A DNA stretch of 64,000 bases from a virus (IMGVR_UViG_3300012953_000012:64001-128000), one strand, 5' to 3'; shown: positions 33,965 through 43,300, counted from the first letter of the stretch. Notes: a model not told the origin generated them from the sequence alone. Numbers and translations are program-made.

Positions 33965-34266
33965 ACCCAGCCCCAATCCCCAACCACGGAGCCCTATGTC
34001 CTTTCCATCCTACGACGAAGCCCGAGGTCCACGAGACCCCGCGAAACTGCAACACCGCCACCCGTCCCCGGCCTGGGTCGCCCCGACCCCACCCAATGTC
34101 GAACCCCTGCTTGCCGAGCCTCGGACGAGCATCGACCAACGGTCCCGGCGAACCACCGTGCGCCTCGTGCGCCACTGTTTCGGCCTCCCCTCCTGGACCT
34201 GACCCCGCCCGACATTCCCCGCCCCTGTGGCACCCCAACGTGAGGGGGAGACTCACGCAGCACCAC

Positions 34267-34632
34267 ATGGAGGTGCTTATCACTCACTGTGATGGCCCAT
34301 ACATCGACCGCCTACTGGATCACTACCTCCAGGCTGGCGTGATCGAGCAAAAGTGGATTCCCCAGATCAAAGCCAAAGTCACCGCTGATGGCATCGCGTA
34401 CATCCCCTGGCGCGAAGGCATCGACTTTGACGGCCCTGAGTTTTCGATCCAGTTCACCAAGAAGGACGGGACGAAGATCAAGGTGTTCCCGGTGTCGATG
34501 ACGCCGTGGGCGCGTTGGCTGAGAGTGGGTGCAACCACCGATGGTCCCATGAAGGGACTCGTCATGTTCATGCCCGAGGCGTTCTTTGAGACGCACGGCG
34601 AAGATGGTCTACCGCTGCCGCCGGTAAACTGA
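34267..34632 (+). CDS. Hypothetical protein
   Basis: Start placed at ATG 34267; ends just before a strong terminator. Confidence 0.5.
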   Translation: MEVLITHCDGPYIDRLLDHYLQAGVIEQKWIPQIKAKVTADGIAYIPWREGIDFDGPEFSIQFTKKDGTKIKVFPVSMTPWARWLRVGATTDGPMKGLVMFMPEAFFETHGEDGLPLPPVN

Positions 34633-34637
34633 GAGAC

Positions 34638-34697
34638 ACGCCCCGACCTCGCCCCGAGGTCGGGGCGTTTTTGCTCGTTCTGGCCCTGAGGGCCAGA
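34638..34697 (+). terminator. Tandem hairpins: 14-bp stem plus T-tract (34638-34672) and 8-bp stem (34679-34697)
   Basis: acgccccgacctcg-ccc-cgaggtcggggcgt-tttt; tctggccc-tga-gggccaga. Confidence 0.85.
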
Positions 34698-34708
34698 AAT
34701 CGACAGAC

Positions 34709-34723
34709 GGTAGCCTCGCTATA
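34709..34723 (+). promoter_or_regulatory. Class L motif GGTAG-cctcg-CTATA
   Basis: Intergenic, right after tandem terminator. Confidence 0.7.
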
Positions 34724-34795
34724 CTCCATTAGAGGGTGACAGGCGTGACCCCATAAGGTGGCCGCTCAACCATCTGGGCAGCAGGAGCCTGTAGC

Positions 34796-35092
34796 ATGTC
34801 GGAAGAATCACCATCAGCAAAGGCTCTCCAGTGGGGCAAGGACATCCTGGTGATCCTTGTGATCCCGGCGTTGATCTGGATCGTGAAGTTGGAGACCGGC
34901 AACGCGCAGCGCGACCTGATGCTTCAGCAGTCGAGGGACGAGGTAGCCCGCCTGGAAGAGCGCATCGGAGAAATCCGAGACATCGACCAGCGTGTCCAGG
35001 AGAATGCGTTGCATCTGGCCCGCCTGGAGGGGAAACTCGACACAGCCAACGGGAGACTCGATGAGATCCGTTCCATCCTTCTGGAGAGGTAA
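34796..35092 (+). CDS. Small TM plus coiled-coil protein
   Basis: CAGGAG RBS; DILVILVIPALIWIV then heptad-rich C-terminus. Confidence 0.65.
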   Translation: MSEESPSAKALQWGKDILVILVIPALIWIVKLETGNAQRDLMLQQSRDEVARLEERIGEIRDIDQRVQENALHLARLEGKLDTANGRLDEIRSILLER

Positions 35093-35390
35093 AGCCTGCG
35101 GCGCTGCACTCGTGATCCTGTTGATGATGGCCTTCCTGAGCCTCTACAAGTCGAACCTATGCCCGACAACCTTGACCGGGGACACGGCCTACGAGCCCGC
35201 CGCTGCCCCCGAAGTCGCCGTAGACGAACCTCCCCCAACGCCGCCCCCACCGCCGTCTGACGTAGAGACTGAGATGCAGCGTGCCCTCACCGAGCAGACA
35301 CGCATCCTGGAAGAAATCGCAAAGGACGTGGACTCGGTGAATCAGAGCCTGGACGAGATCACGGTGCTCCTTCAGGAACCTGCTCGGTAG
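35061..35390 (+). CDS. Small TM, Pro-rich, coiled-coil protein
   Basis: Start ATG 35061 overlapping upstream gene; AALVILLMMAFLSLY. Confidence 0.5.
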   Translation: MRSVPSFWRGKACGAALVILLMMAFLSLYKSNLCPTTLTGDTAYEPAAAPEVAVDEPPPTPPPPPSDVETEMQRALTEQTRILEEIAKDVDSVNQSLDEITVLLQEPAR

Positions 35391-35400
35391 GGTGGCTATA
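35386..35400 (+). promoter_or_regulatory. Class L motif GGTAG-ggtgg-CTATA
   Basis: TAG is also the upstream stop codon. Confidence 0.65.
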
Positions 35401-35430
35401 GAAACCCTCTGGGCACTACTGGAGCACCCC

Positions 35431-36276
35431 ATGATGAACCTCACCGACTCTGACCGCGCGGCCATGACACGACTGGCCAACCTTCTCCCCGAAGGCTCTG
35501 CCGACCGGGACGTCCTTCTGGCGACCGCTGGCATGGACAAGGAGGCCGCCTCCGCTGGTGAGTTTGCTTCCTACATCCTCTCCAAGCAGGAGGGTGACCC
35601 CATCCCCGTGAAGGAAGTCGAAGGCTTCGTCAAGGGTCTGGGCATCCGCGTCAGCGAAGGCGGACGGTCGAAGCGGAGCGGCGCTCGTTGGCAGCGCGGC
35701 GACCGGGTCTGCATCAAGGGTGACAAGCACAAGGGTGACGGCGTTGAGGTCTACCGGGCACACGACCGAAAGGTTGGTTTCGTTGTAGACGACGGTGGTG
35801 GGCAGAAGGGTGATCCGGTCACAGTCAAGTTTGGCGGTGAAGAGATCCTTTTCCCCAACGCCCAGCGTAGTCGCGGCGTCGGTATGTACAAGGCGACCGA
35901 CTACTCCAGCATGAAGGGCTACGGCCCCATCGAGATCATCTACAAGGCCAACCCCAGCAGCAGGCCCAACCCCGACCAGAAGCAGATCGCTGCCGAGTAT
36001 GTCTCTCGCGGTGACGCTCGCGGCGAGAGGCGCAGCCTCAACTACTACTCAGGCTGGGTTTTCATCGCGGCCAAGGGTGGCAACGGCTTCTACTTCTCCA
36101 TTCTCTCTCAGCAGCGGGCCAGCCAGGACGCTTGCGCCGAGGGTTTCCCCTTCCGTTCGTTCAATCCGGCCAAGGCTGAAGTCCTCTACATCGGACGCCT
36201 CGGCAAGCGCCCTCGTGGGTGGGAGAAGGACTGGGAAGCCTTGCAGATTGCTGCGGCGGCTGCGGCTGCGAAGTAG
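35431..36276 (+). CDS. Hypothetical late-type protein
   Basis: CTGGAG RBS; class L motif upstream. Confidence 0.7.
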   Translation: MMNLTDSDRAAMTRLANLLPEGSADRDVLLATAGMDKEAASAGEFASYILSKQEGDPIPVKEVEGFVKGLGIRVSEGGRSKRSGARWQRGDRVCIKGDKHKGDGVEVYRAHDRKVGFVVDDGGGQKGDPVTVKFGGEEILFPNAQRSRGVGMYKATDYSSMKGYGPIEIIYKANPSSRPNPDQKQIAAEYVSRGDARGERRSLNYYSGWVFIAAKGGNGFYFSILSQQRASQDACAEGFPFRSFNPAKAEVLYIGRLGKRPRGWEKDWEALQIAAAAAAAK

Positions 36277-36319
36277 CGGTAGTCCTGGGGTAGTGTGGCG
36301 AGAACCCCTACAGGAGACC

Positions 36320-36628
36320 ATGATCATGGCAACCGCAAAGACTCGCAAGACTCGCAAGAAGACCACCAAGAAGGCCGCTCCCGCTGAGATGGCCATCGCC
36401 CCTGACGTTTGGGCTGCGATCCAGCAGTTCCGTCAGCGGAGTGACCACTACGTCGGTGAGATTGGCCGCATGGAGGTTCGCAAGGCTGCATTCGTGTCGG
36501 AGATCGATGCGATGAACAACCAGGCGAACCAGATGCTCCGACAGGAAGGCACGCGGCTGGGAATCCCCGATGGGACTCAGTGGCGGGTCAACCCCGAGGG
36601 GAAGGTGATCCTGGGCGACGAGGGCTGA
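36320..36628 (+). CDS. Hypothetical protein with Lys/Thr-rich N-terminus
   Basis: CAGGAG RBS. Confidence 0.65.
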   Translation: MIMATAKTRKTRKKTTKKAAPAEMAIAPDVWAAIQQFRQRSDHYVGEIGRMEVRKAAFVSEIDAMNNQANQMLRQEGTRLGIPDGTQWRVNPEGKVILGDEG

Positions 36629-36631
36629 CCC

Positions 36632-36646
36632 GGTATCTGGCCTATC
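36632..36646 (+). promoter_or_regulatory. Class L variant GGTAT-ctggc-CTATC
   Basis: One mismatch; intergenic upstream of 36681. Confidence 0.45.
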
Positions 36647-36680
36647 CGTTCCGCCGTTGTATGACTGACGGGAGCGTGCC

Positions 36681-38798
36681 ATGACTACAGGATGGGAGCC
36701 AGTATCGGGGTCATTCCCATGGCCCCCGGCCAACGGCACGGCCATGTCCTCCTTCCATCGCGAAGGTGCGGACATCCGTTGGGATGATCCGTCTACCTTG
36801 ATCACGGGTCCTTCCACACCCTCTACAAGGGCCACAGTGTCCATCACGGTGGTGGGCATCCCTGATGTCCTTACCGCTTCCACAGCCTCACTCACGCTCT
36901 CCGGTGCCCCTATTGCAGCAGGGGACACCATCGCGGTGGGTGGGGTTGTGCTCACGTCGGTAGCCGCAGCCCCAGGGCCGGACGAGTTCGACGGGTCCTC
37001 TGGGGACACAGCGGTCGTGGCCGCCAACATCGCCACCGCCATCAACGACGGTTCGGTCGGCACCTGGGGCATCGCCTCTGCCACGGCTGCTCTCAATGTG
37101 GTCTCCCTCACAGCGGACACGGCGGGTGAGGTCGGTGACGAGATCACGTTGTCGTCCGGCAGCGACAGGATCACGGCATCCGGGAGCACTTTCTCTGGCG
37201 GCCTGGACCCAGACACCCTGACCATCGGGGGCCAGGTGCTGTCCGCCGAGACCACCCGGACGGCGGGCGGTATGAACTTCGGCGTGGGGCCGACCAACTT
37301 CGACACCGCCGCGAGCATCGCTGCGGCTATCAACGACACCACCAACGACCTGGGGTTCATCACAGCCACCACGGATGGGGTCATCGTACTCGTCGCGGCG
37401 TTCCTGGACGGAACCATGGGTGATGGGATCACCATCGCCACGACGAACACCACGGCGTTTGAACTGAGTGATTCCCGGACGACCGGCGGGACCGGCGTTG
37501 CTTGCGAGGGCAAGTCCAACAGCGAGTGGCAGATCCTCGGAGTCAACGTCTACCGCAGCGACACCGGAGAGCGCGGCCCCTACTTCCGGGTCAACCGCAT
37601 CCCGGTCATGACCAACTTCTTCCGCGACAAGACGGACATCGTCGAGGTCACAGGTGAGGTGATCCCGTGGGACACAGGCTGGGTCTATAGGGGATCAGCG
37701 CCCAACCAGAAGGACGTCTGGCGACTCCAGACGAGAAACCGGCCCATGGTCAAGCGCACCGGGAACGCCGTCGCTGCCGACTCGCCTTTCGACGTCGAGG
37801 TCCACATCGACGGAACACGGACGCCCGTATCAGCCGTGTTCGGCCCCAACGGTCAGGTCACACTCGACACGACCCCTGTGTGGGACCCGAGCACCGAGTC
37901 CTGGGTCACGTTCACACCGCCCACACCCACGAGTGCGGTGACCATCAACTACTACTGGAAGCGCGGCGACACCCTGGTCAACACCCTGGACCGCCGCCAC
38001 AAGGTCTTCTACCGCCTCACCACGGTCGCCATTGACCCCACGGGGGAGAGCCCGACCGGCCTGGTTGAGACCCCGCTGGGATACACCGAGCCGATCTCCC
38101 CCATGAACAGTGAGAGGTTCGACTACATCTGGCGGGAAGCCGTGCGGCGGAACCGCTGGATCCTGGAGCAAGGCGGTGAGCGCGTGAAGTTGTTTCTCCG
38201 CAGGGTCACCGGGGTCAAGTGCGACTGCGTGTGGGACGAACGGCTGGAGGAGTACAGCAAGCAGCCCTCCAACACCTGCCTGGAGTGCTACGGCACCGGG
38301 TTCGTCGGAGGCTACGAAGGCCCCATCGACATCATCATCGCCCCGGACGACGCAGACCGGCGCGTGACGCAGACACCCAACGGACGCCGACTGGAGCACC
38401 AGTACGAGGTGTGGATCGGACCCAGCCCGATGCTCTCGCAGCGGGACTTCATCGTGAAGCAGAACGGTGAACGGTACGCGGTTGGCCCTGTCCGCCGGAC
38501 TCAGGTGCGTGGCCTGATCCTCCAGCAAGCGTTCGCCATCGGCTACCTGGACACGGGCGACATTCGCTACCGGGTGCCCATGGGCGAGTTGGAACGCCTT
38601 CCGTGGCCCGAGACTCGCTACAGCAACCCCGAAGACGCACCGTGCGAGAGTCCGCAAGATCCGCATCCAGTCGGCTACGACTACCAGGCAACCCCGATGA
38701 TGTCGGAAGCCGCGAAGATCCCAGACGGACGGGAGCAACGAGGCAGGACCCCCGTGTGGCAGAACATCACCTACGGTGGTGGCGGGGGTAAGAAGTAA
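36681..38798 (+). CDS. Virion structural protein, probable neck/head-closure protein with N-terminal repeated domains
   Basis: C-terminal CDCVW...TCLECYGTGFVGGY resembles head-tail connector proteins of large myophages; N-terminal Ala/Thr/Gly-rich duplicated module. Confidence 0.5.
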   Translation: MTTGWEPVSGSFPWPPANGTAMSSFHREGADIRWDDPSTLITGPSTPSTRATVSITVVGIPDVLTASTASLTLSGAPIAAGDTIAVGGVVLTSVAAAPGPDEFDGSSGDTAVVAANIATAINDGSVGTWGIASATAALNVVSLTADTAGEVGDEITLSSGSDRITASGSTFSGGLDPDTLTIGGQVLSAETTRTAGGMNFGVGPTNFDTAASIAAAINDTTNDLGFITATTDGVIVLVAAFLDGTMGDGITIATTNTTAFELSDSRTTGGTGVACEGKSNSEWQILGVNVYRSDTGERGPYFRVNRIPVMTNFFRDKTDIVEVTGEVIPWDTGWVYRGSAPNQKDVWRLQTRNRPMVKRTGNAVAADSPFDVEVHIDGTRTPVSAVFGPNGQVTLDTTPVWDPSTESWVTFTPPTPTSAVTINYYWKRGDTLVNTLDRRHKVFYRLTTVAIDPTGESPTGLVETPLGYTEPISPMNSERFDYIWREAVRRNRWILEQGGERVKLFLRRVTGVKCDCVWDERLEEYSKQPSNTCLECYGTGFVGGYEGPIDIIIAPDDADRRVTQTPNGRRLEHQYEVWIGPSPMLSQRDFIVKQNGERYAVGPVRRTQVRGLILQQAFAIGYLDTGDIRYRVPMGELERLPWPETRYSNPEDAPCESPQDPHPVGYDYQATPMMSEAAKIPDGREQRGRTPVWQNITYGGGGGKK

Positions 38799-38813
38799 CG
38801 GGAGGCGAGGACC

Positions 38814-39113
38814 ATGACGGAAGCAGTGCTCAAAGAGTTGGAGACCCTGAACCCGGAAGCGTTGCTCCTGGAGCCGCGTGAGGTTTATGACCCTGCTCTG
38901 GTTGGGGTCACGGATGACCCCAACGACAGTTGGCCCCGCCAGGCTCGCATCCACGTTGCTGTCTACGACGTAGACAAGTGCATCGAAGCGATCATGGGCT
39001 GGATGGACTGCGACTACGAGTCGGCTCTGGACTGGTTCGGCTTCAACACCTCGGGTGCCTGGGTGGGTGAGGGCACCCCGACGTTCACCGTCCTGGGCGA
39101 AGACGAGCACTGA
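38814..39113 (+). CDS. Conserved small phage protein (AVYDxxKC...EWFxFNxxGAWVGExTP type)
   Basis: GAGG RBS; AVYDVDKCIE...DWFGFNTSGAWVGEGTPTF. Confidence 0.7.
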   Translation: MTEAVLKELETLNPEALLLEPREVYDPALVGVTDDPNDSWPRQARIHVAVYDVDKCIEAIMGWMDCDYESALDWFGFNTSGAWVGEGTPTFTVLGEDEH

Positions 39114-39117
39114 CCTC

Positions 39118-39132
39118 GCTACCCCTTCTATA
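39118..39132 (+). promoter_or_regulatory. Class L variant GCTAC-ccctt-CTATA
   Basis: Intergenic upstream of 39157; mismatch in TAG. Confidence 0.45.
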
Positions 39133-39156
39133 GGGGGAGGGCCTGTAGGAGGCACC

Positions 39157-39981
39157 ATGAGCCAAAAACGCGCTGCTGTTCGATCTGTCCTCGCAAGGAT
39201 GCGGACGGCGAACCCTCTCGCCACCACCCTCCGGGGAATGGTCCGGGGGCTCGTCGGTGAACCCACCGTCAAGGGCTACAAGGCCACCCCCAGAGGGATC
39301 GTGGTCGATCTGTCTGCTTCCGTCCTCCTGCCACCCTCCGAAGTGCTCAAGACGGTCCAGTCAGCACCTCCGAAGGATGCCCTTGCTCTCCTGAGTGCTG
39401 ACCCCACGCTGATGCAGTCACACTTCTCCATGGACTCTGCTGTGGTTGCGCTGCCCTTCGACAAACTGCCCGACAACCAGTTCAAGGCCATGGTCAAGAA
39501 GATGGGCGGTCTGTCCCTGTACTCGGATGCCATACTGATCGCCCTGTTGGAGGGTCGGGAGCCGTCGTTCCCGGACCCTGAGAGCGGCCTCCCAGAGTTG
39601 TCGCGGGGCTTCGCAAGCCAGTACATCCAACGCCCCGGAAATCTCGGGGCTGTTCCCGAGTTTTACGTTCGACAGCCCATCAAGAACGGCGTGTTGGACG
39701 GCTTGGCATCGGACCATGTGGACGGGGCGGGGACGGTTGGCCGCATCGACATCGGCACCTTCCCCCTCTCCTCGCTCACGGTGTTCATGACGCAAGTCGG
39801 TAAACCTCCCGGCAAGGGGACAAAGTGGTTCAAGAATGGGGACGGATGGCTCACAGAACAAGGGACTGTGGACTTCCCCGATCAGCCTGTGTCGGTGTAC
39901 ATGAGCCAGCCCTTCAAAGTGAAACTCACATCGCTCCCCCGCAGTGCCATCGAGGCCCTGGTCAAGGAAGCGGCTCAATAG
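39157..39981 (+). CDS. Hypothetical late-type protein
   Basis: AGGAGG RBS. Confidence 0.7.
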   Translation: MSQKRAAVRSVLARMRTANPLATTLRGMVRGLVGEPTVKGYKATPRGIVVDLSASVLLPPSEVLKTVQSAPPKDALALLSADPTLMQSHFSMDSAVVALPFDKLPDNQFKAMVKKMGGLSLYSDAILIALLEGREPSFPDPESGLPELSRGFASQYIQRPGNLGAVPEFYVRQPIKNGVLDGLASDHVDGAGTVGRIDIGTFPLSSLTVFMTQVGKPPGKGTKWFKNGDGWLTEQGTVDFPDQPVSVYMSQPFKVKLTSLPRSAIEALVKEAAQ

Positions 39982-39983
39982 CG

Positions 39984-40019
39984 AGTAGTTTCTCTATGGC
40001 CTTCTCCCTGTAGGAGGCC
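39984..40019 (+). promoter_or_regulatory. Class L motif AGTAG-tttct-CTATG plus SD-occluding hairpin
   Basis: ggccttct-ccctgt-aggaggcc (39998-40019, one G-U pair). Confidence 0.7.
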
Positions 40020-40022
40020 GTC

Positions 40023-40337
40023 ATGGCGAGATGCGGGCGTTGTGGGCTGTGGTCGAAGTACCCGGACAGCCATCACGAGCAGAAATACGCAGGGGTGTGC
40101 CTCTGGTATCAGCACCGTCTGATGGACGACGACGTGTTTGAGGACCGGGAGTGCAAGGACTTCTTTGAGCGTGTGCCTGGCCTGATGCCGATGGACCACT
40201 TCGACTACAAGATCAAGCGGGACAACCTCGGTGACGCCTACACCCAGGCACGCTTCAGCAAGCGCCTGGCGCTCATGGGGGCCGTGCTGTCGGTGATCTC
40301 ACTGGCCCTGTCGCTATGGAAGGTGTTCGGTGCCTAA
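40023..40337 (+). CDS. Cys-containing protein with C-terminal TM helix
   Basis: CGRCGLW...C...C; LALMGAVLSVISLALSLW. Confidence 0.65.
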   Translation: MARCGRCGLWSKYPDSHHEQKYAGVCLWYQHRLMDDDVFEDRECKDFFERVPGLMPMDHFDYKIKRDNLGDAYTQARFSKRLALMGAVLSVISLALSLWKVFGA

Positions 40338-40893
40338 GGAAGTCCGCCTCAGGGGTGTTTACGGGAGACCGTTGATCAAGCGGGGCGAGCCCACCACGGT
40401 GCAGATGCCTATGCCCATGCTCAAGAAGGCCGCCGGGATCATCCTGGACTCCATCAAGAAGGAGATCATGAAGGACATGGCGAAGACGGCGGGCCTCCGA
40501 GGTCGGGGCAAGCCCGTGCCGCTCCCGGACAGCCGGAAGTTTGTGGACTCGTTTTCCTGGAGGGTCGCGGGCAAGTCCACCATCGAGTTCACTTCCACCT
40601 GGCCCACCGCCTCGGCCCACACGCTCTCCCCTGGTGAGAAGGGGAAGGCTACGGAGCCGTACCGCATGACCTGGCTCACACAACCGAAGGTCAAGACGGT
40701 GCCCTTGACCACCCAGGAGGGCCGGGTGATCTTCAGGACTGCCCCCCTCACCACCGCCAACGCATGGGTCCACCCCGGCTTCCTTCGCTATACGTTCATC
40801 GAGCGAGGTGTGGAGAAGGGGCGGGTAAGGGTGTTTGAGGAGATGGCCGAAGAGATTGTGGGTCTGCTCCTTGAACAAGGAGACCTTTTCTGA
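40330..40893 (+). CDS. Possible neck/tail-completion protein
   Basis: SFSWRV...WVHPGF..TFIERGVEKG loosely resembles HK97 gp10-type proteins. Confidence 0.4.
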   Translation: MPKEVRLRGVYGRPLIKRGEPTTVQMPMPMLKKAAGIILDSIKKEIMKDMAKTAGLRGRGKPVPLPDSRKFVDSFSWRVAGKSTIEFTSTWPTASAHTLSPGEKGKATEPYRMTWLTQPKVKTVPLTTQEGRVIFRTAPLTTANAWVHPGFLRYTFIERGVEKGRVRVFEEMAEEIVGLLLEQGDLF

Positions 40894-41567
40894 TGTCTTT
40901 GCGAGTCGATGCGGACAAGCCAACCCCTATCCAGGATCTCGGGATCACGGTCGGTCCTGGGCCTGTCTGGATTGAACAGGAGGACCTGCAACGGTCCACA
41001 TGCCTACAGACCCTCATAAGGCTGGGGCATGTGCGGGTATCCTCCAACCCGAGGTGTCGAGTGTCCAAAGATCCCCCCAAACCGAAGGTCCACACCGTTG
41101 GGATGTCACGCCCCAGCAAGGTGCCTCGTGCCCATGTCAGCCACACGACCACCCACCACACGACCTCAGAAGTCATCAAGGAGGGGGTCACGGCAGAACA
41201 GGCACAGGAGATGGTGAACAAGGCTGCCGCTGAGGGTGCCTCGCAAGCCATCGCCGCCATGACTGCACAGTTGCAGGGCATCATCGGTCAAGCGAGCCAG
41301 CCAACGGCAGCCATCGAACAGGTGGTTCAGCAGGCTGTGTCGCAGGCGTTGGCCTCAGCCCAGATCAGCCGTTCGGGTCCCGCACCCCTCTCCGGGAGCA
41401 GTGACGACCTCGTGGTCAACGGCCCCGAAGAGCCCTTGTTCATTCCCACGGGTATTGTCAGGTCTGATACCGAGAACCTAAAGGTCCAGTCCGATTCCTC
41501 TGCTGATGCAGGTGGGTTGGACAACGCGGCATCCGCGCTCAAGGCCCTCCGCAAGAAGAAGTCGTAG
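40893..41567 (+). CDS. Hypothetical protein (Ala/Gln-rich helical centre)
   Basis: TGATG coupling. Confidence 0.65.
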   Translation: MSLRVDADKPTPIQDLGITVGPGPVWIEQEDLQRSTCLQTLIRLGHVRVSSNPRCRVSKDPPKPKVHTVGMSRPSKVPRAHVSHTTTHHTTSEVIKEGVTAEQAQEMVNKAAAEGASQAIAAMTAQLQGIIGQASQPTAAIEQVVQQAVSQALASAQISRSGPAPLSGSSDDLVVNGPEEPLFIPTGIVRSDTENLKVQSDSSADAGGLDNAASALKALRKKKS

Positions 41568-41577
41568 GAGATCCCAC

Positions 41578-42594
41578 ATGGCAACCAAGAAGCAAACTCC
41601 TCTCGGAGTCGGTCTGGACATCGGCACCATGAACATTGTCTCGGCACGGCGCAAGGACGACGGACAGGTTGAGACCAGCCGGATGCGAGATGCGTTCCTG
41701 GATCTGGACGCAGGTGCCAAGCGGATGCTCAAGTTGTCCGGGGTCAACTTCATCGACCACGGGGACGACGGGATCATCGTCGTCGGTGACGCGGCCATGG
41801 AGATGGCCAACGTCTTTGGGCGCGAAGCCCGCCGCCCCTTGTCGCAGGGCCTGATCTCGGCAGGCGAGATGGACGCGCTCGATGTCCTCGGGGTCATGAT
41901 CAAGAACGTCCTGGGCGAGCCAGCGACGAAGGACGAGGCGTGCTACTTCTCGGTTCCTGCCTCCCCGGTCGATGCTGACCGTGACGTCGTCTACCACAAG
42001 GGCGTGTTTGAACGCATCGTGAGCGAGTGTGGGTTCGACGCCTACGCGGGCAACGAGGCGATGGCCATCGTCTACGCTGAAACTGCGGCGGACGGCTTCT
42101 CCGGTCTGGGCATCTCGTTCGGGTCCGGCATGTGCAACCTCGCCCTGGCTGTGTCGGGTGTAGAGGGACTGTGTTTCTCCGTGGCGCGTGGTGGTGACTG
42201 GATCGACGCTGGAGCCGCGAAGGCAACCGGCAGCACCCAGAGCCGCATCTGTGCCCTCAAGGAGAGAGGCATCGACCTCATGGACCCCAAAAGCCGTGAC
42301 GAGGAAGCCCTCGCCCTCTACTACAAGAGCCTGATCGAGTACTGTGTGGACCAGACGGCCCGCGAGTTCATGAAGATCAAGGACCGGTTCGCGCTCCCGA
42401 AGGCCATCCCCATCGTAGTCAGCGGGGGGACCTCACTGGCTGGCAACTTCCTGCCCTTCTTTGAGCAGGTCTTTGAGAAGAAGCGGAAGAGATTCCCCAT
42501 CGAGGTCAGCGAGATCAGACACGCCTCGGACCCCCTGAACGCTGTTGCACGAGGTCTGCTGATTCAGGCTATGCAGGAGCACGAGGAAGACTGA
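41578..42594 (+). CDS. Actin-fold ATPase (MreB/ParM/FtsA superfamily)
   Basis: Phosphate-1 GVGLDIGT, connect NEAMA, phosphate-2 GISFGSG, adenosine VVSGGTS; AGGAG RBS. Confidence 0.8.
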   Translation: MATKKQTPLGVGLDIGTMNIVSARRKDDGQVETSRMRDAFLDLDAGAKRMLKLSGVNFIDHGDDGIIVVGDAAMEMANVFGREARRPLSQGLISAGEMDALDVLGVMIKNVLGEPATKDEACYFSVPASPVDADRDVVYHKGVFERIVSECGFDAYAGNEAMAIVYAETAADGFSGLGISFGSGMCNLALAVSGVEGLCFSVARGGDWIDAGAAKATGSTQSRICALKERGIDLMDPKSRDEEALALYYKSLIEYCVDQTAREFMKIKDRFALPKAIPIVVSGGTSLAGNFLPFFEQVFEKKRKRFPIEVSEIRHASDPLNAVARGLLIQAMQEHEED

Positions 42595-42956
42595 TGAACA
42601 AGCGCATCGCCAAGAAGATCGTCAAGGGCCACGAGCGGGGCTCCTCTCGCAAGAAGACCTGCACTCCCTGGGCCACCCTGGTCAAGGCGTTCCGACGCCT
42701 CGGCAAGAAGCCCCCCGAGCCCATCGCCAAGGTCAAGGAGGCCGTGGAGGAGGTCAAGCAGGAGGTCGTCGAGGCTGTCGAAGCCGTCGAGGACGCTGTG
42801 GAAGAGATCACCGAGGCGGTGGACCTGACGAAGATGAAGGTCGCCGAGTTGAAGGCGCTCGCAAAGGAGCGCGGGATCAAGGGCATCTCCAAGATGAAGA
42901 AGTCCGACCTGATCGAAGCCCACGACAGGTACGTCTACCTGCGGCGCTTGTCGTAG
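42594..42956 (+). CDS. Protein with C-terminal Rho-N/HeH nucleic-acid-binding motif
   Basis: DLTKMKVAELKALAKERGIKGISKMKKSDLIEA. Confidence 0.75.
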   Translation: MNKRIAKKIVKGHERGSSRKKTCTPWATLVKAFRRLGKKPPEPIAKVKEAVEEVKQEVVEAVEAVEDAVEEITEAVDLTKMKVAELKALAKERGIKGISKMKKSDLIEAHDRYVYLRRLS

Positions 42957-42963
42957 AAAAGAC

Positions 42964-42995
42964 GAAGCCCCCGCCGAAGGGGTGGCGAGGGCTTC
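42964..42995. terminator. Hairpin at convergent junction
   Basis: gaagccc/gggcttc plus cgcc/ggcg. Confidence 0.6.
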
Positions 42996-43031
42996 TGACT
43001 CCGCAGAGAGCAGAGTCGGGGAGACAGGTGC

Positions 43032-43238
43032 TTAGAAACGCACGGTGATCTTCGGCATGTTGCCAGTGGTGGCCGAGGTCGGCGCACAGCAAGCGTTGGG
43101 CCGGACAGTGTTGCCGGTGTTGGCCATCGTAACGCCGTTGATGGGCGTAGCGGTAGCACTGGACCCACTTCCCTTGACCCGCAGACGGTAGAAGGGTGGG
43201 ACGGGCTGGTACTCAGAAGTGGTGGAACGAGTGGGCAT
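43032..43238 (-). CDS. Small late-type hypothetical protein
   Basis: CTGGAG RBS; class L motif upstream. Confidence 0.55.
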   Translation of the reverse strand: MPTRSTTSEYQPVPPFYRLRVKGSGSSATATPINGVTMANTGNTVRPNACCAPTSATTGNMPKITVRF

Positions 43239-43280
43239 GGGGACTCCAGGTTGAGATTGAGGGTTCACCTATCCCCCTGA

Positions 43281-43295
43281 CATAGACTCCCTACC
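43281..43295 (-). promoter_or_regulatory. Class L motif GGTAG-ggagt-CTATG
   Basis: Intergenic, sense to 43238 gene. Confidence 0.65.
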
Positions 43296-43300
43296 GCAGA

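Noticed and set aside
33910-34266. 5' part of the 240-aa ORF and ORF 33996-34202
   Set aside because: Pro-rich, low-complexity translations overlapping the ligase terminator; coding status unresolved, so only 34267-34632 was kept
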